From: Takakia lepidozioides
Taxonomy: Eukaryota > Plantae > Bryophyta
Direction of reading: 5' to 3'
Assembly (NCBI GenBank): GCA_030704615.1
Contig: CM060732.1
Location: forward strand, 35,588,001 to 35,652,000
Length of the DNA stretch: 64,000 bases
The notes beneath the pieces were generated by a model, which was given only the letters and a program-made list of their open reading frames with translations, did not search any database and had not been told where the DNA came from. The position numbers and the translations under genes are program-made. This document shows, piece after piece, positions 1 to 10,777 of the stretch (its first letter is position 1; every line of letters begins with the position of its first letter).

Positions 1-430
1 GCATATAAGTGTGTTTTGTCTTACTTTCTCCTTTGAGTTGTTGTACCTTACAGTTGCATTGTTTAGACTGTCTGTCTAGTTTTGCCTTTGCTGCTAGGTT
101 TGTTCTCTAGTGTGTGTTTTCTCTTCCATAAGAGATATGTTTCTGTTATCCTGTATTTACGGTGAAACAGTCTCAGTCATACACTTTTGTCATTTGCATG
201 TCTTTGCAACTACACTTTAGAACATATCAACATCACTCATATCCTACCTACGTGTCTTCAGAATCATCTCTTTAAGTTTTTCTATAGATATCTTGCAATT
301 TTTTTCGGAGCATAACCGGCCCCCAAAAAACTTTTTAGTCTGCACTGTGCTACTATTGCACCCGGTGCATTCATGGTTTCAATTTGTTGTACTGCTACAT
401 TTATAGTTCCAATCTTTTGTAGACCCTAAA
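1..430 (+). mobile_element. 3'-terminal/pseudo-LTR module of an endonuclease-less Penelope-like element (family A), ending in a CCCTAAA telomeric repeat
   Basis: Shares TGCACCCGGTGCA, TGTACTGCTACAT and AACCGGCCCCC motifs with the modules that follow telomeric tracts at 2292, 5200 and 5708 (opposite strand); ends ACCCTAAAC at 423-431 just before ORF1. Confidence 0.75.
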
Positions 431-441
431 CATTTCATATT

Positions 442-945
442 ATGTTAGCTACAACTTCTGAACCTTTATCCTCGAAGCCTCTCCGCATAGAGATGGATGC
501 TGGTGGTGATTGTAATCGACCATCGTCTTTTTCTCCAATTCGGGAGTGTTCTTCTTCAAGACCACGAGTGATGATGTTTTTCAACAAACGGGATCACATT
601 CCTACCTTTGTGGAGGCTGCTCAAAAGTTACTGGATAATTCTTTCATACAATACAAGAAGGATTTTAAGAGATTGCAACGTCTCAAAGCAACTGTCGGCC
701 GACTCAGATCTCAAGAAGTTGCTGGTGAAATCCCTCGTGCTTGTAGAATTTCTTGTCATATGCTTGTGATTTCCTCTTTGGCCGTTCAACCTTCCCTCGA
801 TGCAAGCATTCAATCAGCCACTCTTGCTTTCCATAACACTGTACAAAAAGCCTTCATCAAGGCTCATGTGGAGGTATTGGCAGAAGCAGAAGCCACTTTG
901 AGCAAATCATCTGATCTGTGTATGACTGAGACTGTTTCACCGTAA
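442..945 (+). pseudogene. PLE ORF1 (coiled-coil) N-terminal part, truncated at the inversion junction ~917
   Basis: LRSQEVAGEIPRACRIS...QPSLDASIQSATLAF..KAFIKAH aligns by eye with LRVQFEEGTIPNSLRMS...QSVLDASLAECTTAY..EALIKAQ of the ORF upstream of the PLE RT at 43905-44330. Confidence 0.7.
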
Positions 946-1101
946 ATACAGGATAACAGAAACCTATCTCTTATGGAAGAGAAAACACACACTAGAGAAC
1001 AAACCTAGCAGCAAAGGCAAGACTAGACAGACAGTCTAAACAATGCAACTGTAAGGTGCAACAACACAAAGGAGAAAGTGAGACAAAACACACTTATATG
1101 C
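918..1101. repeat. Inverted copy of 1-184 (PLE 3' UTR)
   Basis: 918-1101 is the near-exact reverse complement of 1-184. Confidence 0.95.
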
Positions 1102-1125
1102 AGAATACTAGCAAATCTTTATAAG

Positions 1126-1169
1126 CCCCCATACTAGTTTCGCTCAAAATCTGAGCTCTTCAGTGGGAA
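1126..1169 (-). ncRNA. Minimal type I hammerhead ribozyme in PLE 3' UTR
   Basis: Minus strand UUCCCA-CUGAAGA-GCUCA(gauuu)UGAGC-GAAA-CUAGUA-UGGGGG: core boxes, stem II, palindromic stem III (ACUAGU), GUA cleavage triplet, stem I closure. Confidence 0.85.
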
Positions 1170-1376
1170 GAAAGAAATGGAATGAAGTACAATGAGCCTC
1201 ACTACCAGCTTATATACTGATGAATAAGTGTTGTCTCAAAAAGAGCATAACATAAAAAAAACAACTAAAAGTATCTTTTAGCCGAGAAAATGTCATTTTT
1301 CTAAAAAGGAAAAAGTTCTTTTTCCAATTTATGAAGCCAAGAATATCTCATTCAATATAATTGACTCTATTGTAAC

Positions 1377-2240
1377 TTAGCGCGAACTAAATAGGAACAT
1401 ATATTCCTCGTTTTTTTTCCAACAAACCATAGGTTTGTCAAAAGATGCTAACTGCGGAACTTTCAGAAGATGCTCATGCAGTTCAGGGTTTAGGACTCCC
1501 CCAAGGTTTAGAGCTTGAGTATATCGAGAATGCTCAAGTTTCAGAACCAAGGGGGTCCGCTTACCCATCAACTTACGAGTGGATTCTGAAGCTAACAGTG
1601 TAGCACATTGTGCATGGTCACATAGTCTAAAACACTCTAAGATAAAAGACTCTGGATAGCCTCGAGCACGCAGTCGTTCATAGAACAGTCGTCTGATCTC
1701 TGAAAAACCTGCACATGTGCTTTCTCTCAAAGTGTATCGGCGTAGCTCACCAATGATGAATGCTCGTTTTTGGTGTCGCGGATGACATGACATCCATGGC
1801 AAGTACTGATATCTGTTGAGTGCCTTCTGATGACAGCTCGAAGATAGAATCCCACTATTGACAAAATCAGCTCCCTTGAAGAATTGAATATCAAGAATGT
1901 CAACAGTAGAGTCAGAGAACACCCTTTGAATACGAATCGTGGGACTGAGAGAGTTGTATCGATCGAGCCAAGTCTCCAAACTTGCCCGAGATCCTTCCCA
2001 GACTCCAAGTCCGTCATCGATGTATCTCTTGTAGTACAAAGGCCATATACCTCTTGCTGCGCAAGCCAACTCTCTTCCTAAGCTGCAAAGAAAGAAACAA
2101 GCATACACAACAGCAAAATTGCTACCCATTGCAGTGCCTCGGATCTGATGTCAATAGCTCGAGCCAAATTGAAGATAGTTGTTCTCCAAGACCATGTGAG
2201 AAAGACTCATGACGAGTCCTTCAAACCGGGGTGACTTGAG
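1377..2240 (-). pseudogene. Penelope-like reverse transcriptase, C-terminal half, no GIY-YIG endonuclease
   Basis: QIRGTAMGSNFAVVYA, YKRYIDDGLGVW, DILDI, YLPWMSCHPRHQK, FYERLRARGYP motifs; ORF ends after the thumb with no endonuclease; 5'-truncated close to the telomeric tract at 2270. Confidence 0.9.
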
Positions 2241-2269
2241 CTTGCCAGTAATCATGTCCTTCAATCGTC

Positions 2270-2291
2270 TTAGGGTTGAGGGTTGAGGGTT
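2270..2291 (+). repeat. Interstitial telomeric tract (TTAGGG/TTGAGGG variants)
   Basis: TTAGGGTTGAGGGTTGAGGGTT at the junction between two PLE pieces. Confidence 0.85.
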
Positions 2292-3070
2292 CACAAAAGA
2301 GTGGAAACAAATACATGTAGCAGTGCAACAGAGTTCGAACCGCGAATGCACCGGGTGCATTAGTAGCAAAGTGCAAACAAGTTTTTAGGGGGGCCCAGTT
2401 ATGGACACCTTAGAAAATTTGTAGAAATATCTAGCCTGTGAATCAAAACTAAAAGAATCGATCCTGAGACACTTAAAACTAGAGTAGAACTTAGTGGGAG
2501 TGATGTTGAAACGTTCTAAAGTGCAAATGCAAATATATGCAAGAGGCAAGTGTGTGTGATGAAACTAATTCACTGTGAGGACAGGAGAATAGTAACCTAT
2601 CTCTATGCAAGAGAATAGACACACTAAAGAACAGTCTTAGAAGCAGATCTGACATGCAACACTCGAAAAGGAGTTTAAAACATGCACTACAATAGACACA
2701 AAGCAAATGAATGCAATGAACTATGCAGAAGATCAAATCTTAAACTCAACAACAACCACAACGCCAATGAGACAAAGAGACAAGAACACAAGATGCAGCA
2801 AAGCGAGTCTCTATAATCCCCAAACTAGTTTCGCTCAGCACGTGAGCTCATCAGTGGGAAAGAGAAGGAAAAGAGATACAATGTGTACCCCTCACCCAAC
2901 TTATATACTGCTGAAAGTGATCTTGTCGGGGGGGGGGGGGGGGGGGTGGCGAAGAAAATATCTAATGGATGGAAAACATCCAAAATTGTCTCGGCTGGAG
3001 AGATCATCCAACACATGAAAACTTAGATGAAAAACATCCAAAGTTTTCTCGGCAGGAGAGAAATATCCAA
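2292..3070 (-). mobile_element. PLE family A 3' UTR module
   Basis: Starts CACAAAAGAGTGGAAAC directly after the telomeric tract; near-identical to 5200-5596; contains the hammerhead at 2817-2860. Confidence 0.8.
2817..2860 (-). ncRNA. Minimal hammerhead ribozyme
   Basis: UUCCCA-CUGAUGA-GCUCA(cgugc)UGAGC-GAAA-CUAGUU-UGGGGA. Confidence 0.85.
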
Positions 3071-3074
3071 CGCA

Positions 3075-4120
3075 GGAAGTTGCCTATCCGACAGATCTTT
3101 CAGCAAAGATATAGAATCTATCAAATGTTATCTTCCTCAAGCAAAATGGGAAATAGATGGTGATGCAACCACTTGGATGCGTGCTCAAAAACATATCCAT
3201 TGTATGAACAAATCGGCCTCCCAACCACCATAGGCTTGTGCATTTTGGGCACGAGATAGAATATGCAGGGTCGGTAGCCCCCTCGGGGCTTGAACGCCAA
3301 AAAGTCCCTTGTCTGCCTGTCAATCAAACCAAACAAGAGAGCGAAAGCGAGCAATGCATCCAAACCATATGTGAGATTGTCAAATGGGATCTTGCCACGG
3401 ATTCGTAAACTTGTCCATCGTGGAGTTGGCGGTGTGCTTCATCCACATACCAGTCCTTCTGCATGATCACCAACCCAAGATTTTTGTCTGCTGGCTTGAT
3501 GACGATGGAGACATCTCTGCTCATACAACGTAACGCAGTCTTGAGGTGACCTCAAATAGAAGACCTGAAGGCAGAGCGAGCCACCTCCCTTAGCCGAGTT
3601 TCTACAATGTTGCGACCCTCGATGATAACGCTTCCGAAGCAGGAAGTCGCACACACTCATCCCAAAAAGGTTGAGGAACTCTGAAAGGAGGAATGGGTCT
3701 ATCTCTAGCATCCCTGAAGTGATATCGAAGACGTAAAGATCGAGCCAAAGAGTCATAAGCATCAAGAATAGAAGAAGAAGAAGAAGGAGTAGGATGTGGA
3801 ATAAAACTCAAACCTAGGCCTAAAAGCTTCTTTTCAAAACAAGAGAGTGGATGATTGGCCATGTTGTGGATGGCCACGTTGGTTAACATGTTCTCTACCT
3901 GAGAGACTCTCTTGCAAGAAAAAAGATAAAGCTTATAGCCCTCTACATCCCTCAACGGCCACCAGAAGAGCTTGCGAGCTCTCTTCGGCTTGGATCTGCC
4001 CATGTGACCTTCTTCTTGAGCTTATGTTGTTGGTTTTTCCCCGACTTTTGTTGTCCAGAACCAGAACGGGTCTGAGAAAGTAGGGCGGATTTGCTCGGAG
4101 AAGATGAACGCGATGCACCC
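3075..4120 (-). pseudogene. Penelope-like RT N-terminal half (frameshifted) plus ORF1 tail
   Basis: LLGLGLSFIP, IVIKPADKNLGLVIM, YLVPKMHKP..GRPICS motifs over ORFs 3602-4003, 3324-3524 and 3121-3363; collinear with the RT at 42134-43357. Confidence 0.88.
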
Positions 4121-4124
4121 CACA

Positions 4125-4145
4125 AGGGTTTAGGGTTTAGGGTTA
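4125..4145 (+). repeat. Telomeric tract (TTTAGGG)n
   Basis: AGGGTTTAGGGTTTAGGGTTA capping the 5'-truncated PLE. Confidence 0.9.
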
Positions 4146-4820
4146 CATGGCCATTCCCGCGAAAAGTGACCCTTTTTTTTTGTGTTTTGAGGTGACCTAC
4201 CCCCCCATTTGTACATATTGTGGTTCCGAATATGTATAAACATTTCCCTTATGTATCGTCATTCGTGAGATATGACACGTTTGACTTTTGGGATTTTGGG
4301 TTCACTTTGGCCTATATATAGCTTTTTGGGAATTTGAAAAGGCCTAGGTGGTAGTAGTAGGTATTATTAGGACAATGGTGGAAAAAGTTTGGCAAAAAGA
4401 TCAAAAAGTTGGCAAATATAGGTGTTTGAAGGCGAAACCCTAAAATACCTATTGCGGCTAAATTTGGAGGTTGTTGGTGGTTTTGAATGGAGCTACCCCC
4501 CCATTTAAAGGTATAAGGATTCCGAATATGTAAGAACATTTCCCTAATCCCTCGCCATTTGGGAGATATTATGGAGTTGACTTTGGGTTGATCTTGACTT
4601 TTTTGAATTTGGTCCAATTAAGGCAGCAACTTTCAAAGTGAGATATCTTAAGCAAATCTTCGTCAATTTGGAAAGTTTAGGTGTCTATCTTGTGTAGTTT
4701 TTCTAGGGGAATCCAATGGTATGTGGCGCTCACCCTAATTCTTTGTAGAACTCTACTTACGAGCAACATTGTGAGGCGGACTTCTTTGTAGGATCAGCGA
4801 CTTTCAAAGTGGCATATCGC
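4146..4820. repeat. Telomere-attached non-coding module (family B)
   Basis: Begins CATGGCCATTCCCGCG right after TTTAGGG; recurs at 5023-5174 and inverted at 7172-7724; internal duplication ~4196-4310 vs ~4495-4600. Confidence 0.75.
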
Positions 4821-5199
4821 GGGTTTAGGGTTTAGGGTGGTCAACAAAGGCTTGCAAAGGTAACAAAAAGTAGAAAAAATACTGGAAAAAGACACAGTAA
4901 TTTTTAAGGGGGGCCGGTTCGGACCCAAATACAAATGCAATGGAAACCAAGACAAATGCATACAAAGTGCGCCTATCGTGCCTAAAGGGATGCTAGGGTT
5001 TAGGGTTTAGGGTTTAGGGTTTCATGGCCATTCCCGCGACAAGTGACCCTTTTTTTTTTTTTTTTCGTGTTTTGAGGTGACCATCCCCCCCATTTATGCA
5101 TATTGTGTTTCCGTATATATAAAAACATTTCCTTAATATATCGTCATTCGTGAGATATGACACGTTTGACTTTTGGGTTAGGGTTTAGGGTTTAGGGTT
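4821..5199 (+). repeat. Three telomeric tracts (4821-4838, 4994-5022, 5175-5199) interleaved with module C (4839-4993) and module B (5023-5174)
   Basis: (TTTAGGG)2-4 tracts visible; module C equals the 3' end of the PLE at 11876 and 44357. Confidence 0.9.
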
Positions 5200-5928
5200 C
5201 ACAAAAAAGTGGAAACAAATACATGTAGCAGTGCAACAGAGTTCGAACCGCGAATGCACTGGGTGCAATAGAAACAAAGTGCAAACAAGTTTTTAGGGAG
5301 GGCCAGTTATGGACACCTTAGAAAACTTGTAGAAATATCTAGCCTGTGAATCAAAACTAAAAGAATCGATCCTGAGACACATAAAACTAGAATAGAACTG
5401 AGTGGGAGTGATGTTGAAACGTTCTAAAGTGCAAATGCAAAGATATGCAAGAAGCAAGTGTGTGTGACGAAACTAATTCACTGTAAGGACAGGAGAATAG
5501 TTACCTATCTCTATGCAAGAGAATAGACACACTAAATAACAGTCTTAGAAGCAGATCTAACATGCAATACTCGAAAAGGAGTTTATAACATGCACTCATC
5601 AAATGAATGAGCACCTTGGTCAAAAGAATGAAGATCAACATCTGCCTCCATTACGTGAAGGTGATTAAAGATGAGTTGCAGCTAACACTGTAAGAAAGTT
5701 TAGGGTTCACAAAAAGTGTCAAAACAAATGTAGCAGTACAACGCGGATGCACCGGGTGCAAAATAAACACAATCCGTGCAAACAAGTTTTGAGGGGGCCA
5801 GTTATGCACCCCTGGAAAAATTTCAGATCCTGTGGATCAAATGTGAAATGAGAGATCATGAGAGACATGAAACTAGAATAGAAGTATGCGAGGTGTCCTG
5901 AAATGCAACTGCAAACCTATGCAAGAGG
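5200..5928 (-). mobile_element. Two truncated PLE family A 3' modules (5200-5596, 5708-5928) with GTTTAGGGTT at 5698-5707
   Basis: Identity to 2292-2690; 5708-5928 is the reverse complement of ~6955-7170. Confidence 0.8.
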
Positions 5929-5957
5929 GGTGCACATTGTATATATTTTCCTTCTCT

Positions 5958-6000
5958 TTCCCACTGATGAGCTCACGTGCTGAGCAAAACTAGTTTGGGG
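5958..6000 (+). ncRNA. Hammerhead ribozyme copy with core mutation (GAAA to AAAA), probably inactive
   Basis: TTCCCA-CTGATGA-GCTCACGTGCTGAGC-AAAA-CTAGTT-TGGGG. Confidence 0.7.
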
Positions 6001-6439
6001 ATTATAGAGATTCGCTTTGCTGCATCTTGTGTTCTTGTCTCTTTGTCTCATTGGCGTTGTTGTTGTTGTTGAGTTTTAGATTTGATCTTCTACATAGTTC
6101 ATTGCATTCATTTGCTTTGTGTCAGACCGAGCCGTGTTTCTTCTTGTAGGTCGGAAGGTGGGGATCGTGGTTGGACATGTTCAGGACAACACAGCTGCAG
6201 GCTTTAGCAAGATGATGGTTGCGCGATGGTCTGCGTGTTCTTGTGCTCTTACGAGTTTTGCGTTCCTTTCGAAGTGGTTTCAGCCCTTACGATTTTGCAC
6301 AACATGCTCTAACTTCAACATAATTGGTTGTTGCATAGTCACAAACTCACGGACTTAGTTGAATTTGAGAGATATACAATTGACTATTTGCTTGATTTTT
6401 ATTCTTTGGATCTGTTCTCTCTTGTCAAGAACTTGTTTT

Positions 6440-7170
6440 CATCCACTGGATGACTTTCTCCCACCGAGACATTTTGGACGATTTTCTCCGTACAAGACAT
6501 TTGTTCGATGGTTTTTCTTCTCGTGAGACATCCACTGGAAGATCGTCCACACGAGGCAGTTCACTCCTAGTAGTATATAAGCGGGGGGTGGGGTTTGTAT
6601 CTCATTCCTTTTCTTTCCCACTGATGAGCTCACGTGCTGAGCGAAACTAGTCTGGGGTTTATAAAGATTTGGCTTCACTACTTTGCATGATCTTGCCTCG
6701 TGGTCTCACCCTTTGTAGTTGTTGAGTTTTTCGAAGTTATCGAGTTTTAGATGCGTTTGTATCTCCTGCTTTAGATTATTGCATTGTTATGTGCTCTGTG
6801 TTTATACGATAGTGCATGCTATAAACTCCCTCTCGAATAGCGCATGTGAGATCTGCATCTAAGTTGTTCCTAGTGTGTCCATTCTCTTTGCAAAACAAAG
6901 ATATGGTTCTATTCTCCTGTGTATCCAGTGAAATAGTTCTCATACGCACTTTTGCCTCTTGCATAGGTTTGCAGTTGCATTTCAGGACACCTCGCATACT
7001 TCTATTCTAGTTTCATGTCTCTTAGGATCTCTCCTTCCAGGTTTGATCCACTGGATCTGAAATTTTTCCAGGGGTGCATAACTGGCCCCCCTAAAACTTG
7101 TTTGCACGGATTGTGTTTATCTTGCACCCGGTGCATCCGCGTTGTACTGCTACATTTGTTTCGACACTTT
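6440..7170 (+). mobile_element. PLE family A-variant 3' UTR module in inverted orientation
   Basis: Homologous to the reverse complement of 2292-3070; contains the hammerhead at 6615-6657. Confidence 0.8.
6615..6657 (+). ncRNA. Minimal hammerhead ribozyme with GUC cleavage triplet
   Basis: TTCCCA-CTGATGA-GCTCA(cgtgc)TGAGC-GAAA-CTAGTC-TGGGG. Confidence 0.88.
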
Positions 7171-7171
7171 A

Positions 7172-7724
7172 AGTGAGCGCCACATACCATTGGATTCCCC
7201 TAGAAAAACTACACAAGATAGACACCTCCAAATTGACGAAGATTTGTTTAAAATATCTCACTTTGAAAGTTGCTGCCTTAATTGGACCAAATTCAAAAAA
7301 GTCAAAGTCAACCCAAAGTCAACTCCTTAATATCTCCCAAATGGCGAGGGATTAGGGAAATGTTCTTACATATTCGGAATCCTTATAACTTTAAATGGTC
7401 CATTCAAAACCACCAACAACCTCCAAATTTAGCCGCAATAGGCATTTTAGGGCTTCGCCTTCAAACGCCTATATTTGCCAACTTTTTCCACCATTGTCCT
7501 AATAACACCTACTACAACCACCTAGGCCTTCTCAGATTCCAAAAAAGCTATATATAGGCCAAAGTCAACCCAAAATGCCAAAAGTCAAACGTGTCATATC
7601 TCACGGATGACGATACATTAGGGAAATGCTTTTACATATTCGGAACCACAATATGCACAAATGGGGGGGTAGGTCACCTCAAAACACGAAAAAAAAATGG
7701 TCACTTTTTACGGGAATGACCATG
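7172..7724. repeat. Module B, inverted copy of 4146-4732
   Basis: Reverse-complement identity with small deletions. Confidence 0.85.
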
Positions 7725-7751
7725 TAATCCTAAACCCTAAAAACCCTAAAC
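7725..7751 (-). repeat. Telomeric tract, C-rich strand on plus
   Basis: TAATCCTAAACCCTAAAAACCCTAAAC. Confidence 0.85.
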
Positions 7752-7759
7752 TTTGTGAG

Positions 7760-8627
7760 GTCATTATGTCGGGCCTACAGAACCAAAACGTTTGCGTTGT
7801 GGCGTTAGCAAATGTGGGAGTCAAAAACACCAAAGATGACCGTCATGTTTCCTATCCATATCTGTCAACATTCTGAATGCCCTGGAATAGTCCGTTTGAG
7901 GAGGGAACTCAAAGAAGATATTACCGTCGATGTCTGCAGGAAGGCATGTAACGGATTTAATTGCAAACTTGCTGTAGTCCAGCCCAGCCAGCTCCGAGCG
8001 ATGTCCATCCATGTGAAGCCCTCGCAGAATTTCAAGAATGGATCGAATTGTTGAGCTCGTGCTGGGAATATGACTCCTTTGTCCGTTGATGTCCATTGAG
8101 GACTTGCCTGATCTCCAGGATGATCCTCAAACTTCCATGACCTCATCTGAGTCGGACAGGTTATGAACAACCCGGTTCTCGCTCATTTACATTGATGGGG
8201 TCGGCTCTGGATTTACTTCGTTGCGGACTTCTCTCTTTGAGGTACCCAGTCTCTGATTCGCGGATTGTTTCGTAGAAGGCGCCAGGATAGAATGTGCATT
8301 TGGCGGGCAAATGAAGTCCCCAACAGCCCTGTAAATGACGTTGTCCAATGGTGGTACTCGCCATTCCCTGCTGTCGCCGAAATCATCATGGAGCACAACA
8401 ATACTTTCGACTACAACTCCGTTTGATTCCTTCCTTTCCTCCTCCAAAAATACCGACCCCGGTTTCAGGTGGTATCGAACGCAGAGATATTTCTCCATCA
8501 CCCGGCAGATCTCCTCTATGCTCGGAAATGTAGCTCTATGCTCGTGAGGAGGGCAGTACACTATAGCGCTCGGGTTTTCTGCCATGGGAGATGTGCACAC
8601 AAGACTGCCAGGATGGCGTTCGGGCAA
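7760..8627 (-). pseudogene. N-terminal fragment of a Mutator-like transposase homologous to 51607-52847
   Basis: YLCVRYHLKPGSVFLEEE...LHDDFGDSREWRVP matches YLCVKFGLLPGTVFLEEE...LHADFGKSKEWRLP; LPADIDGNIFFEFPP...DRKHDGHLWC matches LPDVVDGNAIYEFPP...NRKHDGHPWC. Confidence 0.85.
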
Positions 8628-9165
8628 GCGCCCTGGGAGAAGGGGGATGCAGCGAGGGGAAGGAATGCAGGGCCGATTTTTCCTAGTGACGAAGCCTATT
8701 CACGAATTCGGGGAGCCCACTCTCCAAAAAATCCACTGTCAGAGTGTTAATGAACCTTGTCTCCGGAATGTGGCCCCTGGCCTTTGCGCAATAACTGCCA
8801 ACGGTATGCAGTCAGAAGGTATATGACCAGTGCAGATGCCTTGCGCAAACCAATAATTGTGGCGTCTGACAAGAAGCGTGGGGGGCGAGCGTGCAAGCAC
8901 CTTCTTTATAGACAGAGGGAACTGACAGAGGTGGCATTCCAGTGGGTCTGATTGCAAGATTGAGTGTCAGACCCTCGCTGCCAAAAGTCAACATTCAACA
9001 AAATGCAACATTGCACAAAAAGTGGAACTTTGGTTCAAAGGAGACATTTTTATTAGTAATGAACTGTGACGAGTATGCATGCCCTCACAAACCGAGGGAA
9101 GCCAAAAGTATGCATGCAATCCATGCTCAGGTAAGTTGGGAATTTGCTCCCGTGTTGCACTGTTC

Positions 9166-9460
9166 TCACCAAGAAGCTGGAACCTCGATTGGCCTCTCAA
9201 CAAGCTTATGACTGACAGGGTGTCGGTAGGTGAAGACAATGGATGCAGCCCGTTCGCCTTTGGTGTAGTGGACAACGGTGTCATGTCCTTCGATATATGC
9301 TAATCATAAATCGAGATCTTTGCTGTGGAGACTCTGTGTCCATAGGACTCATCCTCGTAGCTTATGAGAATGTCCCCATACACTGTTTGCGATGGAATCC
9401 TCTCTGGCATGTACGTACACCCCATGCAATCCTCGTAGGCCCACTGGCAGCACCTCCGAC
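9166..9460 (-). pseudogene. C-terminal half of a conserved unknown small ORF homologous to 47863-48462
   Basis: CCQWAYEDCMG...GDILISYEDE and, after a frameshift, VFTYRHPVSHKLVERPIEVPASW vs CCEWTYNECIG...GDILFSYEDE...LFKYRHPVTEEVLERPVRVPSSW. Confidence 0.8.
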
Positions 9461-10775
9461 CGGGTGAAGTCGTCTCGGGGGGAGAGGCTGACACCTGGCC
9501 AACATAGATCATCCCCCGGATGGAAAAACGGCGCCGAATTTCCATCCGGGGCCGGTCAGATGAAGTTGTTTCGGGGGGAGAGGCCGACACCTGGCCGACA
9601 TAGATCATCCCCCGGATGGAAAAACGGCGCCGAATTTCCATCCGAGGCCGCCCGGATGAAGTCGTCCCGGGGGAGAGGCCGACACCTGGCCGACAGAGCA
9701 CATCCCCCGGATGGAAAAACGGCGCCGAATTTCCATCCGAGGCCGCCCGGATGAAGTCGGCCCGGGGGAGAGGTTGACACATGGCCGACAGAGAACATCC
9801 CCCGGATGGAAAAATGGCGCCGAATTTCCATCCGGGGCCGGTCGGATGAAGTCGTCTCGAGGTGAGAAGCCGACACCTGGCCGACATAGATCATCCCCCG
9901 GATGGAAAAACGGCACTGAATTTCCATCCGGGGCCGGTCGGATGAAGTCGTCTGAGGGGAGAGGCCGACACCTGGCCGACAGAGAACATCCCCCAGATGG
10001 AAAAACGGCGCCGAATTTCCATCCGAGGCCGCCCGGATGAAGTCGTCCCGGGGGAGAGGCCGACACCTGGCCGACAGAGAACATCCTCTGGATGGAAAAA
10101 CAGGCCCAAATTTCCATCCGAGGGCGGCCGGGTGAAGTTGATTCGGGGGGAGAGGCCCGACAGAGATCATTCCCCTGATGAAAAAACGGCGTCGAATTTC
10201 CATCCGGGGCCGGTCGGATGAAGTCGTCTCGGGATGAGAGGCCGACACCTGGCCGACATAGATCATCCCCCGGATGGAAAAACGGCGCCGAATTTCCTTC
10301 CGAGGCCGCCCGGATGAAGTTGTCTGGGGGGAGAGGCCGACACCTAGCCTACAGAAAACATCCCTCGGATGGAAAAGCGGCGCCGAATTTCCATCCGAGG
10401 CCACCCGGATGAAGTCGTCTCGGGGGGATAGGTCGACAGATATCATCTGCAGGATGGAAAATGGCGCCGAATATCCATCCGTATCGACCTTCATCAACAA
10501 TTTTCAGTCGTTGTATCAAGTTTTTTCGCGTTTTTTGGTCTCATCAGACACTAAACTTAGAGTTTTTTTTGCCTCCAGGCCACTTTTTGGCTCGTTATTC
10601 CCACCATTGTCGTCCTCTAGAGACAACTACGGTGGCGGTTATCCATCCATAAGGTGGACCAAATTTTCCTGCAGGATGGAAATTCGGCGCCGGTTTTCCA
10701 TCCAGGGGATGGTCTATGTCGGCCAGGTGTCGGCCTCTCCCCCCGAGACGACTTCACCCGGCCGCCCTCGGAGGG
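9460..10775. repeat. Tandem array of ~11 units of ~95 bp, each with an imperfect palindrome CGGATGGAAAAACGGCGCCGAATTTCCATCCG, plus one inverted unit at ~10669-10775
   Basis: Core starts at 9524, 9620, 9715, 9810, 9906, 10001, 10096, 10182, 10278, 10373, 10458. Confidence 0.93.
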
Positions 10776-10777
10776 CA

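Noticed and set aside
1217-1223. CTGATGA as another hammerhead core
   Set aside because: No stem II or GAAA box follows
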